From Octopus vulgaris (taxonomy: Eukaryota), in contig OX597833.1 in assembly GCA_951406725.2 (NCBI GenBank), positions 70,556,001 through 70,620,000 on the forward strand: a DNA stretch of 64,000 bases, read 5' to 3'. The position numbers and the translations under genes were made by a program. A model generated the notes under the pieces. The model saw only the letters and a list, made by a program, of their open reading frames with translations, searched no databases and was not told the origin of the DNA. Positions 51,032-64,000 of this stretch are shown in pieces (position 1 is the first letter of the stretch; each line of letters opens with the position of its first letter).

Positions 51032-51642
51032 CGGCGGCGAGCTGGCAGACACTTTAGCGCGCCGGGCAAAATGCTTAGCGGTATTTCGTCTGTCGTTACG
51101 TTCTGAGTTCAAATTCCGTCGAGGTCGACTTTGCCTTTCATCTTTTCAGGGTCGATAAATTAAGAACCAGTTTCACACTGGGGTCTATGTAATCGACTTA
51201 ATCCCTTTGTCTGTCCTTGTTTGTCCCCTCTATGTTTAGCCCCTTGTGGGTAATAAAGAAATAGAAATAAGTATTTCGTCTGTCGTTACGTTCTGAGTTC
51301 AAATTCCATCGAGGTCGACTTTGCCTTTCATCTTTTCAGGGTCGATAAATTAAGAACCAGTTTCACACTGGGGTCTATGTAATCGACTTAATCCCTTTGT
51401 CTGTCCTTGTTTGTCCCCTCTATGTTTAGCCCCTTGTGGGTAATAAAGAAATAGAAATAAGTATTTCGTCTGTCGTTACGTTCTGAGTTCAAATTCCATC
51501 GAGGTCGACTTTGCCTTTCATCTTTTCAGGGTCGATAAATTAAGAACCAGTTTCACACTGGGGTCTATGTAATCGACTTAATCCCTTTGTCTGTCCTTGT
51601 TTGTCCTCTCTGTGTTTAGCCCCTTGTGGGTAATAAAGAAAT
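51032..51642 (+). repeat. SINE B concatemer (190-bp period x3)
   Basis: Units start gtatttcgtc at 51081, 51271 and 51461 and share private substitutions. Confidence 0.92.
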
Positions 51643-52046
51643 ATATAAACAACAGTTATTTTACTAATTACTTTGTTATTTTCAAACTTAATTGAAATTA
51701 AGTATTTTTCAGAAGAAATCTGGTAGTGAATGGGTTGATGGCAAAATGCTAGTGAGATACTGGAAGATTAATAAATATGGTGAAGGATTTATAAAGTCTG
51801 TGGTGAGGGCCACTACGACTGTTATGACCTTGATATAAACTAACTGTGTTATTGAATTTAATAGATTATGCTGGATTAAGATTAGATTAAAGTGCAGGTG
51901 TGGCTGTGTTCACTTCCTGGCCACATGATTTTGGATTCAGTCTCATTGCATGGCACCTTGGGCAAGTTTCTCTCTCCTACTATAGCCTTTGGCCAACCAT
52001 TGCCTTGTGAGGGGATTTGGTTGCTAGAAACTAAAAGAAACCCATC

Positions 52047-52107
52047 ATGTATGTATGTATGTATGTATGTATGTGTGTGTATATATATATATATATATAT
52101 AGTCCAT

Positions 52108-52138
<31 letters not shown>

Positions 52139-52459
52139 TTGTGTTTGTGTATATATATATGTATATATTTATGTGTGTATATATATATATGTATGTATAT
52201 ATTTATGTGTGTATATATATATATGTATGTATATATTTATATGTGTGTATATATGTATGTATATATTTGTGTATATATATGTATGTATAGATATATATGT
52301 GTGTGTATAGATATATGTGTATGTATATAGATGTGTGTGTGTATATATAGCTATATGCATGCATATATTTATGTGTATGTATATATATATGTGTGTGTAT
52401 ATATATATATATATGTGTGTGTATATATATATATATATGTGTGTGTGTATATATATATA

Positions 52460-52490
<31 letters not shown>

Positions 52491-52492
52491 GT
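52047..52492. repeat. Expanded (TA/TG)n inside a family C SINE
   Basis: Direct reading; SINE C head precedes and tail follows. Confidence 0.9.
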
Positions 52493-53231
52493 GATTGTGT
52501 TTACCTCACTACCATCCACTTGACAACCAATTCTGATGTGTTTATGTTCCTGTAACTTAGCAGTTCAGCAAATGAGACCAATAGAATAAGTACTAGGCTT
52601 ACAAAGAATAAGTCCTGGTGTCGAGTTCTTCGGCTAAAACCCTGCTAAGGCGGTGCTCCAGCATGGCCACAGTCAAATGAGTGAAGCCAGTAAAAGAGCA
52701 GAAGGATACACCAATATACAAACCTGCGAGCGTGTTTGTGTGTATGTTTCTTTGTGTCACCTTGTCTTAACATTACGCATTTGTTGTATATGAAAGGCGT
52801 TCGTTTCCAATATTCTGCTAAAAATATGTCTGGCCGTGGGAAAAATATCACCTTGCTCGGCAACAGGAAGACCGTACGGCCATAGAGTATCTGGCTCAAT
52901 AAACTTTCTCCGACCCATATTAATGTCCTTCACCATGCAACCATGAAAAGGTGGAAACCATTAAAAGCGTGATAATGACGTTGATTCTGGTAGTGGCTAT
53001 TATGTGGACAGGTGTAAAGTCACCTGTTGATTGAAATAGCTGAAGAAGATGGTTGAAGGTGAAAAAGATAATGTTTCATCTTAATCAAATAAATCATTTC
53101 AGAGTTGGACCTGTTTGGCAGGTGTCTCGCTCTGAGACTGTGTGCTGTTAAAACTGAAACAATTGTTTCATACAAGAGTCATTTTAGGCACTTAATTGGA
53201 CAGGAAAAAAAGAGAAAAAAACTGCCATATA

Positions 53232-53740
53232 TATATTAATAAATAGAATAAAACATATGCATATATATAAACATATATGTACGTACCTACCTCTACATGT
53301 ACATATACACGCATATATGAGTACAGGACACCAAAAAGACGTCGAACACAATGAGAAACGAAAACATAGACACAAACCAAGGAACTGGACATTTATTTAA
53401 AAACAGCAAAATGAATAGAGTACAGGACAATTAACACAAAGAAAAAAACCCTTCTTCAGTCGCTAAAGCATCCTTCGAAACGTAGAGTAGATGAAAGCTT
53501 TAGCGACTGAAGAAGGGGTTTTTTCTTTGTGTTAATTGTCCTGTATTCAATATTGTTTTTTTGTTGATTTTTTAAAAAATGTCCAGTTCCTTTGGTTTGT
53601 GTCTATGTTTTCGTTTCTCATTGTGTTCGACGTCCCTTTGGTGTCCTGTACTCATATATGCGTGTATATATACATATAGAGGTAGGTACGCACATATATG
53701 TTTATATATATGCATATGTTTTATTTCATTTATTAATATA
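53232..53740. repeat. Long inverted repeat (~240-bp arms, 27-nt spacer)
   Basis: 53232-53469 is the reverse complement of 53497-53740. Spacer contains CGAAACGTA. Confidence 0.9.
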
Positions 53741-53770
53741 TTATATAATGAAACGCACGCACCCCCTTAA

Positions 53771-53811
<41 letters not shown>

Positions 53812-54674
53812 CGTCATCATCATCGTTTAACATCTGTTTTCCATGCTGGCATGGGTTGGACAGTTTGACTGAGGTCTGGAAAGCCAGAAGGCTGCACCGG
53901 GCTCCTATCTGATCTGGCAATGTTTCTACAGCTGGATGCCCTTCCTAACACCAACCACTCCGAGAGTGTAATGGATGGTGCTTTTTATGTGCCACCGGCA
54001 CAGGAGCCAGTCAGGCGGACCTGGCATTGATCACATTTGGATAGTGCCTTTTACGTGCCACTGGTACAAGAACCAGTCAGGCAGGTCTGGCATCGATCAT
54101 GTTTGGATAGTGCTTTTTACATGCCCACAGCACGTATATATACACACACATGTATGTGTGTATATGTTTTTTTTTTTTGTCTCTTTATAGTGCATAGTCC
54201 TATAATGATGTGGAGAAACTAATCATCACAGTTCGGTAACCTTGTCATTGTTATTGATAGATTCTCACTCATAGACAAACCTAAATTATTTTCACACTAA
54301 ACGCCATGTATGCTTTCCATGCTGGCATGGGTTGGATGATTTTGACAGGATCTGAAGAGCCAAAATCCTGTGCTAAGCTCCAACAGCCTACTTTGCCATA
54401 GTTTCTACAGCTAGTTGTGTCCCAGTGTACTGGGTGCTTTTTACATGGCACCAGCATCAGTGAGGTTCCCCAGGTAACTTGCTAGACAAGGCCCTTCTAA
54501 TGACGGAGGAAGAGTATCGAGGGAGGTGGCTTTGTTCCAGGTGATAAGATGTTAAACAGAATCACAAGTCTTGCTGTAGAGGAAGATACATGTATAGTAC
54601 ATGTGTGTGTGTGTGTGTGTGTATCTCTCACCATTTCTCTTGTTATATTATTAATCCTTCGACCTGATATGTTA

Positions 54675-55145
54675 TCATCATCATCATCATTTAACGTCCG
54701 CTTTCCATGCTAGCATGGGTTGGACGATTTTGACAGAGCTGGCGAACCAGACGGCCGCACCAGGCTCCAATCTTGATCTGGCAGAGTTTCTACAGCTGGA
54801 TGCCCTTCCTAATGCCAACCACTCCGAGAGTGTAGTGGGTGCTTTTTACGTGCCACGGCATGGGGGCCAGTCAGGTGGTACTGGCAATGACCTCGCTCAA
54901 ATCTTTTTACACTTGCCACCGGCACAGGTGCCAGTAAGGCGACGCTGGTAACAATCACTCTCGAATGGTGCCCTTTTACGTGCCACGGCATGGGGGCCAG
55001 TCAGGTGGTACTGGCAACGACCTCACTCAAATCTTTTTACACATACCACCGGCACAGGTGCCAGTAAGGCGACGTTGGTAATGATCACGCTTGAATGGTG
55101 CCCTTTTACATGCCACCGGCACGAAAGCCAGTTGGCTGCTCTGGT
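54675..55145 (-). mobile_element. Family A copy with duplicated module pair
   Basis: A two-module block is repeated at ~130-nt period, followed by the core and tail. Confidence 0.8.
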
Positions 55146-58100
55146 TGTGTACATGGTATGAAACACATTCTGAAGTACTCGTCATTTGACATGTGGCTGC
55201 AACATGGTTTGAAATAAGTTGGTTGGCAGGTTGTATAGACACGCACGCACGCATGCCTCCCTCCCACACTCGCAGTTACACAATTGAGCAACTTTGAATG
55301 AAAAGGGTGTATTATACACACATTCCATAGCTGGCCTGTTTGTGGTAATAAAGTATAAGGTGTCTTTTTATGGCCTACCTGTATTCCAATTATGTAACTA
55401 TTTTAGTTGTTATTCAGCACTGGGTTAGCTGCGATCGGGTCATGTATGATCAAAAGTGTCCAAGTATACACACACACACACACACACATGTATATATATA
55501 TATATACACACATACATATATATGATCTATTTGATCTGGGAAATGAATGAAATGCCAGGTGTGTGTCTTGTTGTGGCTATCCCCCACCTAAAAAAAATAA
55601 ATGAGGAATAGGCCTGGGTGTATATAGATTCAATCTATCTCTATATATATATATATACATATATAAGTGTATAAATGTGTGTGTATACACACACACACAT
55701 ACCTGCACACATTCATATATGTTCAGGATAGTGTATTGAGGATTTTGTGATCAAAGACCACTGGGTTGTGATTTCAAAGGTGATTTGGCTGCTATTTCTT
55801 GTAGGTCAGATAAATCACACAGAAGCTTTCTCGCTGATTGGTCCAGAATGAAGTTAACAACTTAACTTTAGTTCTTTAGCCCTGATCAAACATAGACATA
55901 TAATTAAAGGTGTTCCAGTCGTGACCATCCTGTCTTTTGTTTAGACAGTATACCCTATGACTGCATTATACAGTGCCTTCAGATGATCAGCTGTGATGGA
56001 AATTTGCCTACTATTTCTAGCAAACAAAGGGACTGAGCAGTTGACGGTTGGTTCTTCCCGGAGAAATGACTTTATTTGAACAGGTGGGAAGGCTAAAAAT
56101 AATCACATTGATATTCAATGCATGTACAGGACTCTGTGTGTGTGTGTGTATGAGAGAGATAAAGAGATTGTGTGAGTTTCTGATTGTCATTGTAACTGTG
56201 TTTGTGTGTGTGACTGTGTCGTGTCTGTACGTCACTGTTTTGGATGTGGGTGTGTGTGCGTGAGTGTGTAACTCTGTTTGTGTGACTGTCTCAGTAACTA
56301 TTATTATTATTATTATTATCATCATTACTACTATTACTACTACTACTACTATTACTAATAATAATGATAATAATAATGATAATAATAATAATAATAATCA
56401 TCATCATTTATGGAAAACGGACGCTAAATGATGATGATGATGATTATTATTATTATCATTATCATTATTATTATCATTATTATTATTATTAGTAATAGTA
56501 GTAGTAGTAGTAGTAGTACATACACTAAAGGTGGCGGTTTGGCAGAATCGTTATAGCTCGCCGAGCAAAATGCTTAGCAGCGTTTCGTGTCTTTATGTTC
56601 TAAGTTCAAATTCCGCTGAGGTCGACTTGACTTTTCATTTTTTTCGGGGTCAGTAAAATAAGTACCAGTCGATCACCAGGGTCGATGCAATCAACTTACC
56701 TATCCCCTAAAATTCCAGGCCTTGTGCCTAATTATTAATTAATAATAAATAATAAAGAATTATTAAATAGTACGCAGGAGTGGCTGTGTGGTAAGTAAAT
56801 TGTTTACCAACCACATGGTTCCGGGTTCAGTCCCACTGCATGGCATCTTGGGCAAGTGTCTTCTACTATAGCCTCGGGCCGACCAAAGCCTTGTGAGTGG
56901 ATTTGGTAGACGGAAACTGAAAGAAGCCCGTCGTATATATGTATATATATATATGTATGTGTGTTTGTGTGTCTGTGTTTGTCCCCCTAGCATTGCTTGA
57001 CAACCGATGCTGGTGTGTTTACGTCCCCGTCACTTAGCGGTTCGGTAAAAGAGACCGATAGAATAAGTACTGGGCTTACAAAAGAATAAGTCCCGGGGTC
57101 GATTTGCTCGACTAAAGGCGGTGCTCCAGCATGGCCGCAGTCAAATGACTGAAACAAGTAAAAGAGTAAAAGAGAGAGTACACTAAATAACCTTTAATAC
57201 TTGGTATTATTTTTGCCCCCCCTCTCAGAATGTCTGCAAAACGGGCATCTTTTATTTAATATTCCGGTCTTATCTCCAGTCCAGCTGTTCTTGTCTCCAT
57301 TCTTATTTACTCACCTCTTCTTCTTCTTCTCGTTGTTGATGTTGTTTATTTACAACCTTCGTCTTTTTGTTGTTTTTGAAATATCTGTTACTAAACCTGG
57401 AATGTGCAAGTCACTTCGTCATACGGGCGTGGCTGCGTGATAAGAAGTTCGCTTCCCAACCACATGGTTCCGGGTTCAGACCCACTGCGGGGCACCTGGG
57501 CAAGTGTCTTCTATCATAGCTTCGGGCCAACTAAAGCCTTGTGAGTCGATTTGGTAGACGGAAACCGAAAGGAGCTTATCTCTCTAGGACATGCATGCAC
57601 ACACACCCACACACATGTGTGTGTGTCTGTGTCCACCATCACCGCTTGACAACCGGTGTTTGTGTGTTTATGTCCCCATAACTTAGCAGTTCAGCAAAAC
57701 AGGTGACAGAATAATTACCAGGCTTAAAAAGAAGGAAAACGTACTGGGGTTGATTCTTCAGGCAGTGCCCCAGCATGGCCGCAGTCTAATAACTGAACCA
57801 AGTAAAAGATCAAGGATATTCTGCCAAAGGTATGATAGCAGAAAGGACAGAACCTTTATATGGTTATTCACCATCTGCTGGAGAAATAGCAGCTATAATC
57901 TCCCTCACATCACAGTTTACTGTTTACAAGGAAAAAAAAGTGGGTACATTTGATTAATCTAGTCTTAGATACACGTTGACCCAGAGGAGCCGAACAATGT
58001 TGTTATCACTTTTTATTTAGTCCTCAAATCGACCTTGAGTAGATCTTTAACCAGAATTGTTCCAGCCGTGACCATCACATCTTTTATTTAGAAACTGTGT

Positions 58101-60944
58101 CAGGTTATATCAACCTATGTATATATATCCGGGTTTTGTTTTCGTTTGGTTATATAAGACTTTAGTGTTTAATTTAATTGAGATTTGGCTGTTATTTCTA
58201 GCATGTCTGATTACTCTTCGTGGCTGTAAGTTAGAGGAAGTGCTTAATTTTATTGACCTTCCCACTTCTCCCGGAAGACTGAAAGGCGAGGTCGACCTTG
58301 TTTCAAGAGACGAAAACTAGAATATAAAGGGACGTAACTAAACCCAGGCAAGTTCAATTGTCAACCAACTGCTCCACCTCAACCCTTTGCCAGCTCACGT
58401 CATTAATATTAATTACTAATTAAAAGGATATTGATAATGATGGTGATGGTTTCTTTATTTGATTAATTTTTTGTTTATTCTAAAAAGACATAAGTTTCGG
58501 GAAGTGTGTAATTAAATTTTAATCTAAAACAGTACAAAGATCGCTATCTTAACAATTTTCTTGCTCGATCTGCTAGAAATAACTAGCAAATTTCCCTCGA
58601 ATCAAACTATATCATTTTTAGAGAAAGACGTATTAAATTATGTGGTCCTAGTTTATCTGCACATACCACAAAAAAAAAAGAAACCAGGATGATCACAACT
58701 AGAATGCTTTTCATCATAAGCCTGCTCGATCTGAGCTGACATGGGGACTAAACAACAACCATAATTGGTACCCTTTTTTTTTTGTTTTTGCCGGTGGCAC
58801 GTAAAAAGCACCATCCGATTGTGGCCATTGCCAGCCTTGTCTGGCCCCCGTGCCGGTGGCACGTAAAAAGCACCATCCGATCGTGGCCGTTTGCCAGCCT
58901 CGTCTGGCACCTGTGCAGGTGACACATAAAAAGCACCCACTGCACTCTCGGAGTGTTTGGCATTAGGAAGGGCATCCAGCTGTAGAAACACTGCCAGATC
59001 AGACTGGGCCTGGTGCAGCCTCCTGGCTTCCCAGACCCCAGTTGAACCATCCAACCCATGCTAGCATGGAAAACAGACGTTAAACGATGATATTCATACT
59101 TAGGAGGATGAAATGCAAAGTTAATACTGGCGAGGATTTGAACTTTTCATGTAGAAGTTTGGTTGGTCGTAAATACCGAAAGTCATCTAGCCTGGGGCAT
59201 TCTCCTTTCGTTTAAACTGAAAAATAAAAAAATACAAATCCAACGAAAAGTATTTGAGAAATGATAATGGGTGTGGTTACCTCTAGAAGAAAGCGAACCC
59301 AGTGTACATGAAGGCTATATGTGTTGGGCATCAGAGGTATCAGATGTGATGTAGATGGATGAGGACAGCTGTATAAAGAAGTGTCAATCGGTAAAAGTGG
59401 AAGGAGAATTTGGAAGAGGAAGGCCTAGGTAGACGTGGGGCAAATGGTGAAGACTGACCTCAAGATGTTGACAGAAGGCCAAGGGGAATGGTAATATGCT
59501 GTGTTTAAGAAGACTCTTCTTTCTCAGCAGAATTACAGTCCTGTCACGCTTTACCCCTCGACTAATAATTCTTCCATCAATCCCTATTTCCTTCTTTCAC
59601 TTCCCTTCAGCTGAACTGATATTATCTGCTCCTAATTCACTCCCTATTTCTAATCATCTGTCACACTATCCTCATTCAGCATACTTACCTACACACCTAC
59701 CCTTTCCGTCCCTTTATCCTATTCTGTCCCTCATATTCACCTTGTACCTTGATCTCTCCCCATCTCGGCAAGCCATGTATTCACCCCTTCAGCAACAAAC
59801 CTGTTCCTGTCCCTCTGTCCTTGTTTTTTATTCCTCAATTTTACACCCCACTCACTCGAGGGATCTTGTCTCGCAGGTTACACGGCAACCTCACTAGTGC
59901 CATTGGCATGTAAAAAAGGGGCACCCAGTCCACACTCTGTGAATTGGTTGGCATTAGGAAAGGCACTCAGCTGTAGAAACTCTGCCAAAGCAGACATAGA
60001 ACCTGGCAAAGCCCTTTTGCATGTCTGTTCATGTTGAAATGTCCAACCTATTCTAGTGTTGAAACTGTGATGATGATGATATGAGGCCATTTCAGCTGCT
60101 TTTACCAAAACTTGAGTTTGGGGTAAACCAGTACTGTCATTCATCGGAAGGAAAACCCAATGCTGTCACTTGGGAATGAGTATAGCAAGTCCTTCCAGCA
60201 CTTCTGACAGGTACTGAAATTGGGTTTTTCCCAAACTTTTGTGTGTAAATACCAACAGGTAAAACTGGCGGAAACGGATCTATGGTACTCTATTGTACAA
60301 ATATTAATATATTCATTCTATTGACAAATATATGAATGCATATATTTTTCTGACTCATGTATTCTTAAATGACTTTGTGTGTGTGTATGTATGTATATTA
60401 TAGAAGGAATTGATGGTACAATTCTTTACCACTATGACTAACTAGTTTCATTTCAATAGAGAATCGTGTGTGTGTGTGTAACAAAACTTTTATAGACTAG
60501 AGACCCCTAAACAGGTATTACCCTTACCAGAATTAGAATCCCAATGAAGGACAATCACAATATCAATGAAATAATATTTGCAACAAAACCACCATAAACA
60601 AAGAAAAACCTAAACAAGATTAACTCTACAAGAACTAGAATTTTAGTGGAAGACTGCTAAGAATCAAGAGAACATGTGATACAAAAGGTTTACAGTCGAC
60701 AAACACATCAAATGTATACACTCTTCATCAGCTGCCTAACAGATATCTTTATGGTTTTGATACATGAGCAGTACCACTCAATCTGGCAGTGCCAAGAATG
60801 TTAAAGACATAAATGCTACCTGGAGATTGACAAGAATTAGGCCTGAAACAGCAGCACAATATACCTATTACTTATTGGTGCAGATATAGTTGTATAGACA
60901 AGTTTGTTTGTCAGTCAAATGGTTTATATATCATTATTATTATT

Positions 60945-61340
60945 ATCGTTGCCAGCCTCGCCTGGCCCCCGTGCAGGTGACACGTAAAAGCATCATCCGT
61001 TCGTGGCCGTTTGCCAGCTCTGTCTGGCCCCCGTGTTGGTGGCACGTAAAAGCACAATCCGTTCATGTCCGTTGCCAGCCTCGCCTGGCCCCCGTGCCGG
61101 TAACACGTAAAAGCACCATCCGTTCATGACCGTTTGCCAGCTCTGTCTGGCACCTGTGCGGGTGGCACGTAAAAAGCACCCACTACACTCATGCAGTGGT
61201 TGGTGCTAGGAAGGGCATCCAGCCGTAGAAACACTGCCAGATCTGACTGGGCCTGATGAAGCCTTCCAGCTTCACAGACCCCAGTTAAACCATCCAACCC
61301 ATGCTAGTATGGAGAACGGACGCTAAATGATGATGATGAT
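60945..61340 (+). mobile_element. Family A copy with 4 modules
   Basis: Same module/core architecture. Confidence 0.85.
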
Positions 61341-62599
61341 TGCTATTAATGCTTTCGATATTATTATGTCTTTATTCAGTCTATGGCAGTGAGCAGGTAG
61401 ACCTGCAGTAATTGTCCTGGTTCTTTACATTCTGAGTTCAAATCCCATGAAGGTGAACTTTGCTTTTCATCCTTTCAGGATCAATAAAATAAAGTACCAC
61501 TCACATACTGGGGTTGATGGTATTAACTTAAAGTTGATGGTCTTGTGACTATATCAGAAAGCATTAGTATTTTTTATTTAGTCATTGTGAAGAGATTACA
61601 TCTGAGGCTCTTGCCTTAAAAAAGATAATTTTTAGTTTTATCAAATTTAATCCTTTTGTTACCACAATTTTGTTAAAATATGCTGTTCCAATTAATTTTG
61701 AAATTAATGAAGAATTTAATAAAATAACTGTCGTTATTACACTGGTGTTTGGATAGAACAAAAGTTAACATGAAATTTTGGAGGAAGGTTTTAATTTTGA
61801 TTGCTTGAAGCCAAGATCTTTGTAGCACAGAACTAAGGATGGTTTCAGGTTGCTTGGTATGAAAACGGTTAAATCCAGTGTTATTTATTGTTTATTTATG
61901 AAACACATTTCTTAATACCTTAGCTATTCATTCCTGACTAAATAGATTCAGGAGTCCTCTTGTAATTTCAATCTTTCATTGCTAACCATTTCTGTAATCT
62001 ATCGGGAACCATTCCAAAAGATCTCACTACAGCTGATATTATTTTAATCATCATTAACGACCTCAAAGCTCCAATTTCGTATTTCATTCTTGAGATCCTG
62101 ATTTCTTCTCATCATTTTCTTGTAACTAATTGTAATTCTAATTCTAAGCCTAGTTAGATAATTTCGGGTTTTATACAATCTTTAGTTCCTTGCAGCAACA
62201 ATATCCGGACATCTACTCACTCTTCATCATCATCGTTTAACGTCTGCTTTCCATGCTAGCATGGGTTGGACGATTTGACTGAGGACTGGCGAGCCGGGTG
62301 GCTGCACCAGGCTCCAATCTGATCTGGCACAGTTTCTACAATTGGATGCTCTTCCTAATGCCAACCACTCCGAGAGTGTAGTGGGTGCTTTTACATGCCA
62401 CCGGCACAGGGCCAGTCAGGCGGCACTGCAACAACCTTGTATAAGCTAATCACACTGGATGTTGAAGATACAGGTATTTAGATATCTATAGATTTAATTC
62501 AGTCTCACTGCATGTCTCCTTGGGTGTCTTTTACCATAGCCCCAGGTCAACCAAAGCTTTGAGAGTGGATTTGGTAGATGGAAACTGAAAGAAGCCTGT

Positions 62600-62635
<36 letters not shown>

Positions 62636-63087
62636 AAAAAGTACTAATCCACAGCCAGTGACCTTTGTTGACCTTTCCCTGTCAACAAATGGTCCTCTGG
62701 TCATCCATTAGCTCCACACTTTCAAAAACATTTGGAATATAAAAGAATTGCTTAGTTGAAACACAAGCAATGCTTACCTATGGGAAGGGTGTCTGACTGT
62801 AGAAATAACACCTCAGTAATAAGTACTCATCTAACCCATGCTAGCATGGTAAAACAGATGTAAACTGAATATGTAAATGTATAGTGTATTAGTTGTGTAT
62901 TTGTTATGTGTCTATATATGTATAGTATGTAATTATTTCTAAGGCTGAACATTTATTCATCCTTCCCTTCCTCCCTACACACCACACCCCAAGTCTACAA
63001 CTGGCTCCAGGCTTGGCACTACAATCAGTATTACAGATAGCTTTAATCTGAGTTCTTTGATAATTTCTCCAAAGATTTTTAAAAGGT

Positions 63088-63120
<33 letters not shown>

Positions 63121-64000
63121 TAATAAAGTGTAACCCTGCCAAAAAAAACCCACTTTTCCCCCAAAATACAAGTACATATAATATTTCTTATTCAGAATAT
63201 TTGATGCAGACAGTAAGGGATGTGTGTGTGTATGTGTGTGTGTGTGTATCAGTTAGGTAGCTGTTTGATAAACAGGTTGCCTGGGGAAACTCCAGAGTAA
63301 CTACTAAGCGATGCAGCTGATATATTAATCTATGTACAAGTGTGTGTGTGTGTGTGTGTATGTGTGTGTGTTTATAAAATCATTTAATGTCCATGTTCCA
63401 TGCCGGCATGGGTTGGACAGTTTGACAAGGATCCGATGAGCCAAGGACTGTACCATGCTCCAATGTCTGCTTTGGCATGGTTCCTATGGTTGGATGTCCT
63501 TTCTGATACCCACCACTTTACAGTGTGTGTGTGTGTGTGTGTATCATGCATGCGTGCATATACACACACAAACATGTACACAGGCATTGTTGTATGGTCA
63601 AGAAGCCTGCTTTCTAACCCTGTGGATCTTGGTTCCAAACACTTTCCGCAAGTGTCTTAGAGTCTTGAGCTGACCAAAGCCTTGTGAGTGGGTTTGGTCA
63701 ACGTCAACTGAAAGGAACCCATTGTATAGCAGATGTATGTATGCGTGTCCCCTTGTCTAGACATCGTGCGCTGGCTGTAAACAAGCATCACTATCATACA
63801 AGCAAGGTAGTTTTGTTTATTAGTCTTCTGTGGAAAAGATGTCTGGCTTTAGGGAAATATTACCTTGCTTGAAAATAGGTAAATGTTGGTGACAGGAAGG
63901 GCATCCAGTTGTGGAAAAATCTGTCCAGAATTCTAATGGAAAAGTGGATATGATGATGATGATGTTATATATATATATATTGTCTAAAATATATATACAC

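Overview
Eukaryotic, AT-rich, intron-dominated animal DNA. The dense tRNA-derived SINEs and microsatellites resemble an octopod (Octopus) genome; that assignment is inference. Two genes lie head-to-head. On the minus strand are the first nine coding exons (23327 down to 1008; 1204 nt, ~401 codons, all GT-AG and phase-consistent) of a TDRD9/spindle-E piRNA DExH helicase that continues off the left edge. On the plus strand is the first coding exon (30676-31270) of SNF-related kinase SNRK, followed by an intron that appears to exceed 32 kb. Almost all other ORFs in the track come from SINEs or simple repeats. The introns carry five or more SINE-like families, RTE LINE remnants, TTAA/TA/hAT MITEs, a Helitron and several satellites. 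Three things stand out. (1) A dispersed set of minimal type-I hammerhead ribozyme motifs typical of Penelope-like elements, several in fold-back palindromes next to (TA)n, including a family with a non-canonical G3:C8 core and an extra nucleotide after A9. (2) A headless repeat family built from variable numbers of ~60-65 nt modules whose variation suggests an H-type pseudoknot. (3) Two independent SINE concatemers that share the same internal junction.
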